Positions 8,235-16,656 of a stretch of DNA of 32,000 nt are shown here, in pieces. Location: NCBI RefSeq assembly GCF_002803295.2, contig NZ_PGGB02000012.1, positions 6,364 through 38,363 of the forward strand. Reading direction: 5' to 3'. Source of the DNA: Caedibacter taeniospiralis (lineage in GTDB: Bacteria; Pseudomonadota; Gammaproteobacteria; Francisellales; Francisellaceae). The notes beneath the pieces are model-generated. The model did no database searches, was not told the DNA's origin, and saw only the letters and a list, made by a program, of their open reading frames with translations. The translations under genes and the position numbers were made by a program. Positions within the stretch are counted from its first letter, which is position 1, and the number at the start of each line of letters is the position of its first letter.

Positions 8235-9647
8235 CTAAAGATAGTTGTAAAAAATCTTGATCACGGCATCTTCAAACATGCGTGCCTTAACGCGCTGTTT
8301 GCGACTTAGATCATTTAACATAATTGAAAAGCTAATAAGGTGATTTTGTCTGGTAAGCAGGTAGCCTGAAAGAGTCGACACGCCAGCAAGGGTCCCTGTT
8401 TTGGCGTGTACTCGCCTTTGGAGTTTTCCGCCCATGCGATAAGCTAAACTACCATCTTCACCTGAGCTGGGAAGTGCTTGATAAAAGCGTTTACCAATAC
8501 TGCTGTTATAGACTTTTGTTAATAGCTCAACCATGAAAGCAGGGGTGACCGAATCAAGCTTTGAAAGACCTGAACCATCTTCCATGTGTAGCCCACCTGT
8601 TGTGTCGATGGCATAGGTTTTTTTTATGAGTGATTCTACGGTTTGAGTGCCTGCTGCAGTACTGCCTTGACCTAACTGGGTGTGACCGATCGTTCTCAGG
8701 AAGCTTTCAGCGTAGAGATTATCTGACTTTAGCAGCATATGCGTAATTAAATCATCCAAAGATGCCGAAGATGTTGATGCAACTAGAGTAAGCTGAGATT
8801 TATCAGGCAACTTACCAAAAATAGTATTTCCATAATGGGAAATTCCGACCTCCGATAAAAAGCCATCAATGCTTTGTTTTGTTTTTAAAGCAGGGTTAGC
8901 AATGGCAAGCTTAAGATAAAATTCAGCTTTTTGAGGCAAACAGCCTGATAAATTAAGGACGTTGTCACGCGTCATTTGTATATCAAAAGCGCAGCTCTTA
9001 CGATCACTTGCCGAGGCTAGCTTAGTCGTGTTATTGATGGTGATATTACTGGTGTTGGCGATTTTTTTAACTTCGGTATTATTGCCACTAGTGTTCACCA
9101 GTTTAATGACAAGGCAGTTTTTATTCATATTGAGCGTGGAAGCAGGGGCTGCAAAGCAATAGGGGATATCATTTTTATCCCAACCATTAGGCGTGTAGTC
9201 ACCCGAAAAATGATTTGCAATTAAGATGACATCACCGTTGATTCTTGTGATTCCATGTTGCTTGACTTGGGAAATTAAGTTATATAGTGATGCGCCAGTT
9301 AAACTAGGGTCTCCCGTAAACTCGATGTACAAGTTACCGTTTAAAATGCCATGGTTATATTGGGCGCTTGCATAAAAAACGCTAGTGGTAAATTGGAAAT
9401 TTTTAGGCAAAGCGGTGAGTGCAGCAATTGCCGTAAATATTTTATTGTTACTTGCAGGGATAAATTGGTGGGTTTCAGAGTATGTGTAAAGCATTCCCCC
9501 TGAGCTGACTTGTTTGGCAGCAATACCGATAGACACATCAGATAAGCGATACGTTTTCACTAAAGATTGAATTTCACTACGCATTGAGGCAAAGGATAGG
9601 GCTATTGTGCTTATAACAGCACAAGTAATAAGGATTATCTTTTTCAC
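8235..9647 (-). CDS. dacB: D-alanyl-D-alanine carboxypeptidase/endopeptidase, PBP4 family
   Basis: Signal peptide, SxxK (PASNNK), SxN (KSDN) and KTG (HAKTGTL) motifs at PBP4-like spacing. 470 aa. The only start upstream of the signal peptide is the GTG at 9647. Confidence 0.85.
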   Translation of the reverse strand: MKKIILITCAVISTIALSFASMRSEIQSLVKTYRLSDVSIGIAAKQVSSGGMLYTYSETHQFIPASNNKIFTAIAALTALPKNFQFTTSVFYASAQYNHGILNGNLYIEFTGDPSLTGASLYNLISQVKQHGITRINGDVILIANHFSGDYTPNGWDKNDIPYCFAAPASTLNMNKNCLVIKLVNTSGNNTEVKKIANTSNITINNTTKLASASDRKSCAFDIQMTRDNVLNLSGCLPQKAEFYLKLAIANPALKTKQSIDGFLSEVGISHYGNTIFGKLPDKSQLTLVASTSSASLDDLITHMLLKSDNLYAESFLRTIGHTQLGQGSTAAGTQTVESLIKKTYAIDTTGGLHMEDGSGLSKLDSVTPAFMVELLTKVYNSSIGKRFYQALPSSGEDGSLAYRMGGKLQRRVHAKTGTLAGVSTLSGYLLTRQNHLISFSIMLNDLSRKQRVKARMFEDAVIKIFYNYL

Positions 9648-9735
9648 ACTAATAACTATTTTTGACTATCGATTTTTAAAGATGTCGCCGATAATAGCAA
9701 GTTTTAGAAATGATTGTAATCTGTGATTCGGCATT

Positions 9736-10101
9736 ATGTATAAGCTTAAATTAAAGAACGTTATCATAAATGCCTATTTAGGGGTTTATGACTTTGAGCA
9801 ACAGACAGCCCAGGAGGTTTTGTTAGATTTGTGTGTTGCTTATCATCAGATACCCAAGGGGTGTTTCAGTGATCAACTTGAAGACACCGTGTGTTATGCT
9901 GACATTAATGCACTTTTAATTCAAACTGCATTAAAAAAACGCTATCAGTTGATAGAGCATCTGGCATACACTTTACTACATGCTGTAGTCGATATGTTGA
10001 AAGAGTACAGTGTTGATATATATCTTGAACTGCATAAAAAACCACCCTTGGATAATGTTTCTGTGGCAAGCTTTTGTGTGGAGCATTTATGTACCAGGTA
10101 G
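9736..10101 (+). CDS. folB: Dihydroneopterin aldolase
   Basis: 121 aa. GVYDFEQQTAQEVLLDLCV...DTVCYADI...LIEHLA is a FolB-like pattern. It lies immediately upstream of, and overlaps, the folK-folP gene. Confidence 0.8.
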   Translation: MYKLKLKNVIINAYLGVYDFEQQTAQEVLLDLCVAYHQIPKGCFSDQLEDTVCYADINALLIQTALKKRYQLIEHLAYTLLHAVVDMLKEYSVDIYLELHKKPPLDNVSVASFCVEHLCTR

Positions 10102-11396
10102 TGTTGGGTCTGGGGAGTAATATGGGGCAAAAGCTTCATTATTTACGTCAAGCAGTCATGTTAATTGCACAGGAACTTGGTGAGATTAAAAAATTTTCAC
10201 CGATCTATCAAACAAAAGCATTATTGCCTAATAATGCCCAGAGTAACTGGGATATTGATTATTATAATGTAGCCGTTTTAATCAGTACGACCCTCTCCCC
10301 TGAAAGGCTGCTAGATAGCATCAAGCGTATTGAAATACAACTCGGGCGTGATCCAAATCATGCGTTTTGGTCACCAAGAGAAATTGACATTGATATTCTC
10401 TGTTACGATGACTTAGTCTATCAGAGTGAGCGGCTGCAGATCCCACATCGGTACCTGTTGGAGCGAAACTTTGCTTTACAGCCCCTCCTGGATGTATGGT
10501 CAAATTGGTGCTATTCAGAGCGCGCTATCAACCTGTATGCCAGGCTTAAAACCATGCCAGCATTAACAATGGCACCATTTACCTTGTCTGGCAGCCAAAT
10601 TATGGCAATCGTTAATTTATCGGCAGACTCGTTTTCTACACACGCGGAAGGCGTTGTAGCGATAGAGCAATTTGCACAATATATTGTCAATCTTGTGAAC
10701 TTGGGTGCGGAAGTGATTGATTTAGGTGCCGAGAGCACAAAACCAAATGCTATTGCAAAATCAGCAGAAAATCATTGGCAGACCCTTATGCCCTATCTTG
10801 AGATTGTCAATGAGCTCGTTAAAACAAAAATACTTCCACTTCATCTTCAGGTCAGTATTGACACGTATCATGCAGGGGTCGTTGAGAAAGCATTAGCATA
10901 TGAGTGTGTGACGATGATTAATGATGTTTATGGTATTGAAGAACAAGAAATAGCAAAATTGCTCTCAAATAAACCGATAGCATATGTTTTTATGCACCAG
11001 CTGGGTAAAGCAGGTACTGAGTACTTGAGTCCAGATAGAGATCCAGTGGAGGAGCTTATTAGCTATGGGCAGGGTAAAATTACAAAACTGCTTGGCTATG
11101 GACTTAAGCGTGAGCAGTTAATTTTTGATATGGGTATTGGTTTTGGTAAGTATCCGTATCAGGCGCAACATCTCTTGCAACATGTGGAGAAAATAAAAGC
11201 GAGTCTTGGGATAAGCCTTCTTGTCGGGCACTCACGTAAAGCTTCTGTGATGCCGTGTGTTATAGGAGCTAATAATGACCTAAAAGATCTGGCAACAGCA
11301 ATGATCACCAGGTCGTTGATTCATAAAAATATCGATTACATTCGTGTGCATAATGTCAGTTTTGCGCGCGTGGCTAAACAGTTACCCTTCATGTAG
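10089..11396 (+). CDS. folKP: Bifunctional 6-hydroxymethyl-dihydropterin pyrophosphokinase (HPPK) / dihydropteroate synthase (DHPS) fusion
   Basis: The N-terminal MYQVVLGLGSNMG...SPIYQTKAL...REIDIDIL...IPHRYLLERNFALQPL is HPPK. The C-terminal IMAIVNLSADSF...IDLGAESTKP...SIDTY...INDV...GIGFGK...GHSRK is DHPS. It is one uninterrupted frame. The ATG at 10089 overlaps the folB stop by 13 nt. Confidence 0.85.
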   Translation: MYQVVLGLGSNMGQKLHYLRQAVMLIAQELGEIKKFSPIYQTKALLPNNAQSNWDIDYYNVAVLISTTLSPERLLDSIKRIEIQLGRDPNHAFWSPREIDIDILCYDDLVYQSERLQIPHRYLLERNFALQPLLDVWSNWCYSERAINLYARLKTMPALTMAPFTLSGSQIMAIVNLSADSFSTHAEGVVAIEQFAQYIVNLVNLGAEVIDLGAESTKPNAIAKSAENHWQTLMPYLEIVNELVKTKILPLHLQVSIDTYHAGVVEKALAYECVTMINDVYGIEEQEIAKLLSNKPIAYVFMHQLGKAGTEYLSPDRDPVEELISYGQGKITKLLGYGLKREQLIFDMGIGFGKYPYQAQHLLQHVEKIKASLGISLLVGHSRKASVMPCVIGANNDLKDLATAMITRSLIHKNIDYIRVHNVSFARVAKQLPFM

Positions 11397-11418
11397 GGTA
11401 TAGGTGAAAATTTAAGGA

Positions 11419-11886
11419 TTATTTCTTAGTGCTTTTTAGGTTATCCCAAGACTTTTGCCAGCGATCAATGTTATCTCGAGCCACAGTATTGAAATAATCA
11501 CCAGGACTCATTGCAGAGCTGTTTTTTTTGCTTAAGGCTTCAGATGTCTGCTTCTGCCCCAGGTACAAATCAAGCGTTTTATTAAAACATAACACCAGTG
11601 TGTGTTGCATGTCGGTGCCATAAGACTTAATGACATGAGCTAAAAAATCATTGCTAAACATTTGTCGTGGGCTGTTCTCTTCCAGATCATTAATTATCTG
11701 CATTAATACGCTTCGGGTGATGTCCTTACCTGTTTTGTTTTCGATAACCACAATATTTTCGTGCTCAAGAACAAGCTTATGCACCCCTTCGGTAGTGATG
11801 TAGCAACTGGTTTGAGTGTCATACAAGCGCCGATTAGGATATTTTTTAATAAAGCGGATCTTGTCTTTATCATCTTGTATTTCCAT
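11419..11886 (-). CDS. phaR: Polyhydroxyalkanoate synthesis repressor PhaR
   Basis: IKKYPNRRLYDTQTSCYITTEGVHKLVLEHENIVVIENKTGKDITRSVLMQII is the characteristic PhaR N-terminal DNA-binding domain. Confidence 0.85.
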   Translation of the reverse strand: MEIQDDKDKIRFIKKYPNRRLYDTQTSCYITTEGVHKLVLEHENIVVIENKTGKDITRSVLMQIINDLEENSPRQMFSNDFLAHVIKSYGTDMQHTLVLCFNKTLDLYLGQKQTSEALSKKNSSAMSPGDYFNTVARDNIDRWQKSWDNLKSTKK

Positions 11887-12118
11887 GAGAGATTATCGCC
11901 GTATTGAAAGAGTTTGTGGTCCTAGTCTATCACAGATCCATGCTTATCGGTAATTAAGAAAACAGATAGAGCAAGATAGGCAATAAAGAAAGTGCGAAAG
12001 AGATGATGCAAAAATCAAAGAATATTTGAGGTTAACGCAGAGAAATCTCATTATTCTTAGCGTATTTACGTATATACTAATGGGCGTCTTTGAATAAGGG
12101 ATAAGATTAGGAGAAACT

Positions 12119-13222
12119 ATGTCCAAGTTAGAGCAAGAACAGCATTCAAGCGGTTTTGAACACGGTAGAATTAAAGTCATTGGTGTTGGCGGCGGCGGTG
12201 GTAATGCCGTGAGTTACATGGTGGAAAAAGGTCTGCAGGGTGCCAAGATTTACGCCTTAAATACTGACAAACAAGCACTAGATAAAAATCTTGCTCCAAA
12301 TAAGGTGCAAATAGGTGAATTTATTTCTAAAGGTTTGGGTGCTGGAGCTAACCCTGAGGTGGGTTTAAAAGCAGCTCAGGAAAGTATGCATTATATTGAA
12401 GAGGCGATTGCAGATTGTGATATGTTGTTTATTACAGCAGGGATGGGGGGAGGAACTGGAACGGGTGCTGCTGGTATTATCGCCGAGGTCGCCAAACGCA
12501 AAGGTATTGTGACTGTTGGTGTGGTGACAACTCCATTTTCTTTTGAAGGGCGCAGACGTGAAGTGGTAGCAAGACAAGGAATTTCAGCACTACAGGAGCA
12601 TGTCAATTCACTTATTGTCATTCCAAATGACAAACTACGAAAATCACTGGGTGATAAGACAACCTTAATGGCTGCATTTCATGCCGCAAATGATGTTCTC
12701 TACAATGCCATGTCGTCAATGACAGGAATTATACGTACCCCTGGGCATATCAACGTTGACTTCGCCGATGTGAAAACAGTGATGGCTTCTCCTGGTTTAG
12801 CCGTTATCGGAACGGGACACGCAAGTGGCGAAGATCGGATATTAAAAGCAGTTGACAAAGCGATTTCATGTGATTTGTTGGAAGATATTGAGCTTAGAAA
12901 TGCCAAAGGTTTGTTGGTGTGTGTCACATCAAGCAATGATATTTCACTGGGAGAGTTTACTGAACTGGGAGATAAAGTGGCAGAGATTGCTTCTGCTGAT
13001 GCGCCTGTGATTATAGGAACTTCCATCAAAGAAGATATGGGTGATGCGGTTGATATTACGATTATCGTTACGGGTTTTGATGTTGATGTCACCACAGAGC
13101 GCTATAACACGATTCGCCAGGTAAAGGCGCAACAACAGCAGGCAGGATCACTGCATTTAAGCGAAGGTCAAACTCTTGCGCGTAAAGTCAATGTGGACGG
13201 TAAGCCCGATACAAATTCTTAA
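12119..13222 (+). CDS. ftsZ: FtsZ-family tubulin-like GTPase with an intact GTPase core, no conserved C-terminal peptide, and no dcw-cluster context
   Basis: IKVIGVGGGGGNAV, NTDKQAL, GLGAGANPEVG, GMGGGTGTGAAG, TTPFSFEGRRR, IPNDKL, and the T7 loop NVDFADVKTVM. A TAGGAG RBS sits 7 nt upstream of the ATG. The tail is ...VKAQQQQAGSLHLSEGQTLARKVNVDGKPDTNS. Confidence 0.85.
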   Translation: MSKLEQEQHSSGFEHGRIKVIGVGGGGGNAVSYMVEKGLQGAKIYALNTDKQALDKNLAPNKVQIGEFISKGLGAGANPEVGLKAAQESMHYIEEAIADCDMLFITAGMGGGTGTGAAGIIAEVAKRKGIVTVGVVTTPFSFEGRRREVVARQGISALQEHVNSLIVIPNDKLRKSLGDKTTLMAAFHAANDVLYNAMSSMTGIIRTPGHINVDFADVKTVMASPGLAVIGTGHASGEDRILKAVDKAISCDLLEDIELRNAKGLLVCVTSSNDISLGEFTELGDKVAEIASADAPVIIGTSIKEDMGDAVDITIIVTGFDVDVTTERYNTIRQVKAQQQQAGSLHLSEGQTLARKVNVDGKPDTNS

Positions 13223-13234
13223 GAAATGTGCCTG

Positions 13235-13666
13235 TCATTTAAGCAGCAGCTGTTTTAGTTGATCAATATATATCGCTTCATCAGCTAAGGTCTGATATTT
13301 CTGTGAACTCCAGATAGACTCAGCCAGGTAATCCATCATATCGTGCTGCACTTTATGCTCATCCTGATATTTTGCGCAAAGCTGTTGATAAATGGTCGAA
13401 ATCCCAGAAGGTCGATTAGTCACCACCTGCTCTATCAAGCCAAGATGCAGACCCATGTGTAAAAATGGATTGGTTTCACCAAGTTCAGGTGGGAAGTCTT
13501 TGTCTAAATTATCCTGATTTGATAAATAATGCTGGTATTCAGGATGACACTCAATCACTCGTGCAATTTGTGTTTCAAGAGCACTTAGCGCTTGCTTCGT
13601 TAAGTATTTGTGCCAGCTGTCAAAATATAATTTTCTCAGTTCAAGGCGATTTGAGTTAAAAATCAT
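13235..13666 (-). CDS. DUF1841-family protein
   Basis: 143 aa. ...GETNPFLHMGLHLGLIEQV... resembles the conserved DUF1841 core. It overlaps the nth stop by 4 nt (ATGA). Confidence 0.65.
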   Translation of the reverse strand: MIFNSNRLELRKLYFDSWHKYLTKQALSALETQIARVIECHPEYQHYLSNQDNLDKDFPPELGETNPFLHMGLHLGLIEQVVTNRPSGISTIYQQLCAKYQDEHKVQHDMMDYLAESIWSSQKYQTLADEAIYIDQLKQLLLK

Positions 13667-14301
13667 AAGTAGTCTTCTTTTTGTTTAAATTCACACAAAG
13701 CATAAATAGGGCATTGACCACATTTTGGCTTTTTTGCGGTACAAATATAGCGCCCATGCAAAATAAGCCAGTGATGTGCATTCTTTAAGAATTTTTTAGG
13801 GGTCACTTTCAGTAAGTGTTCCTCAACTTCATGCACATTTTTGCCTGGGGCAAGATTAATACGATTAGCAATACGAAAAATATGGGTATCAACCGCCATG
13901 GTGAGTTCTCCAAAAGCAGTGTTTAAGACAACGTTGGCAGTCTTGCGCCCAACGCCTGGTAATGCCTCAAGTGATTTGCGTTCATATGGTACTTGACCAT
14001 TGTGTTGCTCGATTAATATTTGACAGGTTTTAATGATATTTTTGGCTTTAGTTTTATACAAGCCAATCGATTGGATATATTCCATTAATCTGGTTTCACC
14101 CAAGGCGAGCATCGTCTTTGGTGTATTAGCGATAAGGTAAAGCTTATCAGTGGCTTTATTAACACTCGCGTCAGTTGCCTGTGCTGAGAGGATAACGGCA
14201 ATTAACAACTCAAAGCTGGAGTTATAGCGGAGTTCTGTTGTCGGATTGGGATTGTTTTGTTGCCAAATCTCAAATATTTTCTGGCGTTTTAGCTTATTCA
14301 T
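13663..14301 (-). CDS. nth: Endonuclease III (DNA glycosylase/AP lyase)
   Basis: FELLIAVILSAQATDASVNKAT, the HhH-GPD segment LPGVGRKTANVVLN, and the C-terminal 4Fe-4S cluster loop CTAKKPKCGQCPIYALC. Confidence 0.95.
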   Translation of the reverse strand: MNKLKRQKIFEIWQQNNPNPTTELRYNSSFELLIAVILSAQATDASVNKATDKLYLIANTPKTMLALGETRLMEYIQSIGLYKTKAKNIIKTCQILIEQHNGQVPYERKSLEALPGVGRKTANVVLNTAFGELTMAVDTHIFRIANRINLAPGKNVHEVEEHLLKVTPKKFLKNAHHWLILHGRYICTAKKPKCGQCPIYALCEFKQKEDYL

Positions 14302-14310
14302 AAGATTGCT

Positions 14311-14934
14311 TTAATCCAATTTCTTTTTGGCTTTAAAGTTAGCAAGTGCCTGTTGAATATACGCCTTTTTATCAATGTTTAAATTGTTGAGCTCAATATT
14401 TTGCTGATGCTTTTGGGTTTCAGCAACTTTTTGCTGCTTCATGCGAAATTTACGCTGGTTGTGTTTTAGGCGATAGTGATTTTTCTGTGCTTCGTTTTGC
14501 TTATGACTTAAAAATTTTGGTTGCTTTTGCAAAGGCAGCTCACGCATCTCAATGCAATCCATAGGGCATGGCTCAACACATAAATCGCACCCTGTGCATT
14601 CTTCCTCGATGACGGTGTGCATTAATTTTTTAGCGCCAATGATGGCGTCCACTGGGCAGGCTAAAATACACTTCATGCAACCAATGCACAGATTTTCATT
14701 AATCCACGCAATTTGTTTGGGCTGATGTTTACCACAGCTTTCATCCAGTGCAAGAGTTTCCCTTTGAAGTAAGTGAGCAAGCTTATCAGCGCCTTCTTGA
14801 GCTCCAGGTGGGCAGCGATTATGTTTCTCACCATTTTTTATTGCTTTGGCGTAATCATAGCAATCCTGATAGCCGCACTTAGTACACTGAGTTTGGGGTA
14901 AAATGGCATCTATGGCGTCAACGGATACGATCAT
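14311..14934 (-). CDS. rnfB: RnfB/RsxB-like 4Fe-4S ferredoxin: soluble form without an N-terminal membrane helix, with a Lys/Gln-rich C-terminal tail
   Basis: [18 protein letters not shown]...NRCPPG is the RnfB N-domain. There are two CxxCxxCxxxCP motifs, [12 protein letters not shown] and [12 protein letters not shown]. It sits directly upstream of nth, as in rsx/rnf operons. Confidence 0.8.
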   Translation of the reverse strand: MIVSVDAIDAILPQTQCTKCGYQDCYDYAKAIKNGEKHNRCPPGAQEGADKLAHLLQRETLALDESCGKHQPKQIAWINENLCIGCMKCILACPVDAIIGAKKLMHTVIEEECTGCDLCVEPCPMDCIEMRELPLQKQPKFLSHKQNEAQKNHYRLKHNQRKFRMKQQKVAETQKHQQNIELNNLNIDKKAYIQQALANFKAKKKLD

Positions 14935-14998
14935 TTAACTAACTAACTTGTCACTTTGATTTAGGCGGCATTGTAGCGTAAATCAATGAGAATATGAA

Positions 14999-15580
14999 TT
15001 ATTGCTTTCGCAATAAGCAGGCGGAAACGGCACCCTGCCTGGTTTGTTTGAGTATACTGAAATGCACCAATAAGTCTGGTGGCGTTATCGTTGGATATTC
15101 GGCATAGATTAGCGCGTCTTGGCTTATGTTTTCATTGGCAAGAATAAGGGATAATGCCTCGCTTAAAAGCTCACTTTTAAAAGGGGGGTCTAGAAAAATC
15201 AGCTGATAATTGAGGCAATGCTGCACATGACTTAAGACATTGGCGTGATAAATGTTGGCATTATCTGCGTTTAATTTATTTTTAGTATGCTCTAATTGTT
15301 TAATCGCTTGTGCATCAAGCTCAAAAAAATCACAAGATTTTGCAAGACGTGATAAGGCTTCAAAGCCAAGAGCTCCACTGCCAGCAAAGGCATCAAGGCA
15401 TTTTGCCTCAACAATGTAGGGCATAAGCCAGTTAAACAGAGTCTCACGCAGGCGATCAGAGGTGGGGCGAAGATCGGCATTTTTGCGCGCGGAAAATTCA
15501 ATGTGGTGTGCTTTATATTTTCCCGAAATAATGCGGATTTTACTTGATGACGGTGTTGTTGTCTTAGGGGGATAAGCCAT
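14999..15580 (-). CDS. rsmD: 16S rRNA (guanine966-N2)-methyltransferase
   Basis: [47 protein letters not shown] and IFLDPPF. Confidence 0.85.
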   Translation of the reverse strand: MAYPPKTTTPSSSKIRIISGKYKAHHIEFSARKNADLRPTSDRLRETLFNWLMPYIVEAKCLDAFAGSGALGFEALSRLAKSCDFFELDAQAIKQLEHTKNKLNADNANIYHANVLSHVQHCLNYQLIFLDPPFKSELLSEALSLILANENISQDALIYAEYPTITPPDLLVHFSILKQTRQGAVSACLLRKQ

Positions 15581-15585
15581 GGAAG

Positions 15586-16656
15586 TTACTCACGCATTTT
15601 CCAGAATAAAAAGCCCAGTATAACCACAAAAATAATACTTGGAATTGCTGCCCCCCAGAAGGCGGACAGGTTATAGACTAAGCTAAAGGGACCAAAGGTC
15701 TGGTTAATAATATAGAAGCTAAAACCAAACAGCATGCCAATAATAAACTTATAGCCCAAAGCAGATGAGCGCATTGAACCTAAAGAGAAAGGAACGGCGA
15801 TCAGCATGAGAATGATTAAAGACAATGGTTGGAAAAAAATCTGCCAGAATTTAAGCCAGATGCGGTTGGAGCTTTGTTGACCTTCTTTGTTAAGTTTAAT
15901 GTAGTCCACTAGTTCGTTTAAATTTAAGTATTCTGTATTTGATGTAATTATTTTTAACAGTAAAGGCGGGAGTAAATTATGCCAGTATTGCTTTTTGTCA
16001 TGATAAACAATGCTGCTGTCTTTGCCAATTTGAGTGCTAGTAACATTATTGACTTGCCACTGATCGTTTTTGAAGTTTGCATTCTCAGCATGATCAATAG
16101 CAGTAAGTTGATTGCTGTCAATCGTATATTTGGTGATGTGGTTTAACTTCCCGCTAGTATCATTTTGCCCTACATGAATGAAAGCATTACCTTCTCTGAT
16201 CCATAAAGTTTGTGTGTCATACAAAACCAGAGCTTCATTGCCGCCCGTGGCGAGCGTTTTATTTATCGTGGCTTTTTTCTGAAAGTAAGGAGCAATATAG
16301 GCGCCTGTGAGGAAAGTCAAAAAAGCCAAACCAAAAGCTGCAAGCAGAACGCCTTTGGCAATTTGCGTAATGGATTGCCCTGAGGCACGCATCACGATAA
16401 GCTCGCTGTTGTTCGCGAGGAGACCCAAGCCCATTAGTCCGCCTAAAAGTGCGCACACAGGCATGATGAGGTAAATATTAGCAGGCGCTTCATAAAGGAC
16501 GTACAAAAAGGCAGAAAGGGCAGAGAAGTTTCCTTTCCCAATGTCACCTGCCTGGGCGATATAGGTGAACAAAAAGAAAATGGCAGTCAATGCCAGAATC
16601 ATGATAAATGAGGTGTATAAGACGGTTGAAGCAACGTATAAGGTTAGGCGTTTCAT
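15586..16656 (-). CDS. lptG: LPS export ABC transporter permease LptG
   Basis: 356 aa with a YjgP/YjgQ-type topology: three N-terminal TM helices, a periplasmic beta-jellyroll region and C-terminal TM helices. Its start overlaps the lptF stop by 4 nt. Confidence 0.85.
   Translation of the reverse strand: MKRLTLYVASTVLYTSFIMILALTAIFFLFTYIAQAGDIGKGNFSALSAFLYVLYEAPANIYLIMPVCALLGGLMGLGLLANNSELIVMRASGQSITQIAKGVLLAAFGLAFLTFLTGAYIAPYFQKKATINKTLATGGNEALVLYDTQTLWIREGNAFIHVGQNDTSGKLNHITKYTIDSNQLTAIDHAENANFKNDQWQVNNVTSTQIGKDSSIVYHDKKQYWHNLLPPLLLKIITSNTEYLNLNELVDYIKLNKEGQQSSNRIWLKFWQIFFQPLSLIILMLIAVPFSLGSMRSSALGYKFIIGMLFGFSFYIINQTFGPFSLVYNLSAFWGAAIPSIIFVVILGFLFWKMRE

Noticed and set aside
11944-12180. 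A 78-aa minus-strand ORF in the phaR / FtsZ-homologue intergenic region.
   Set aside because: It overlaps the well-supported start and RBS of the FtsZ homologue. Its Cys/Ser/Leu-rich composition is typical of AT-rich non-coding sequence, and there is no SD.
12187-12202. A GGC/GGT-rich run (ggcggcggcggtgg) that looks like a simple-sequence repeat.
   Set aside because: It simply encodes the GGGGG glycine loop of the FtsZ nucleotide-binding site.
12365-13135. Several minus-strand ORFs (70-131 aa) inside the FtsZ homologue. Similar antisense ORFs lie inside deaD (2690-3982), carB (26971-29158), the ABC-F gene (30095-31459), recG and dacB.
   Set aside because: All lie antisense or out of frame within genes whose sense frame carries unambiguous family motifs. 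They have low-complexity translations and are treated as spurious.
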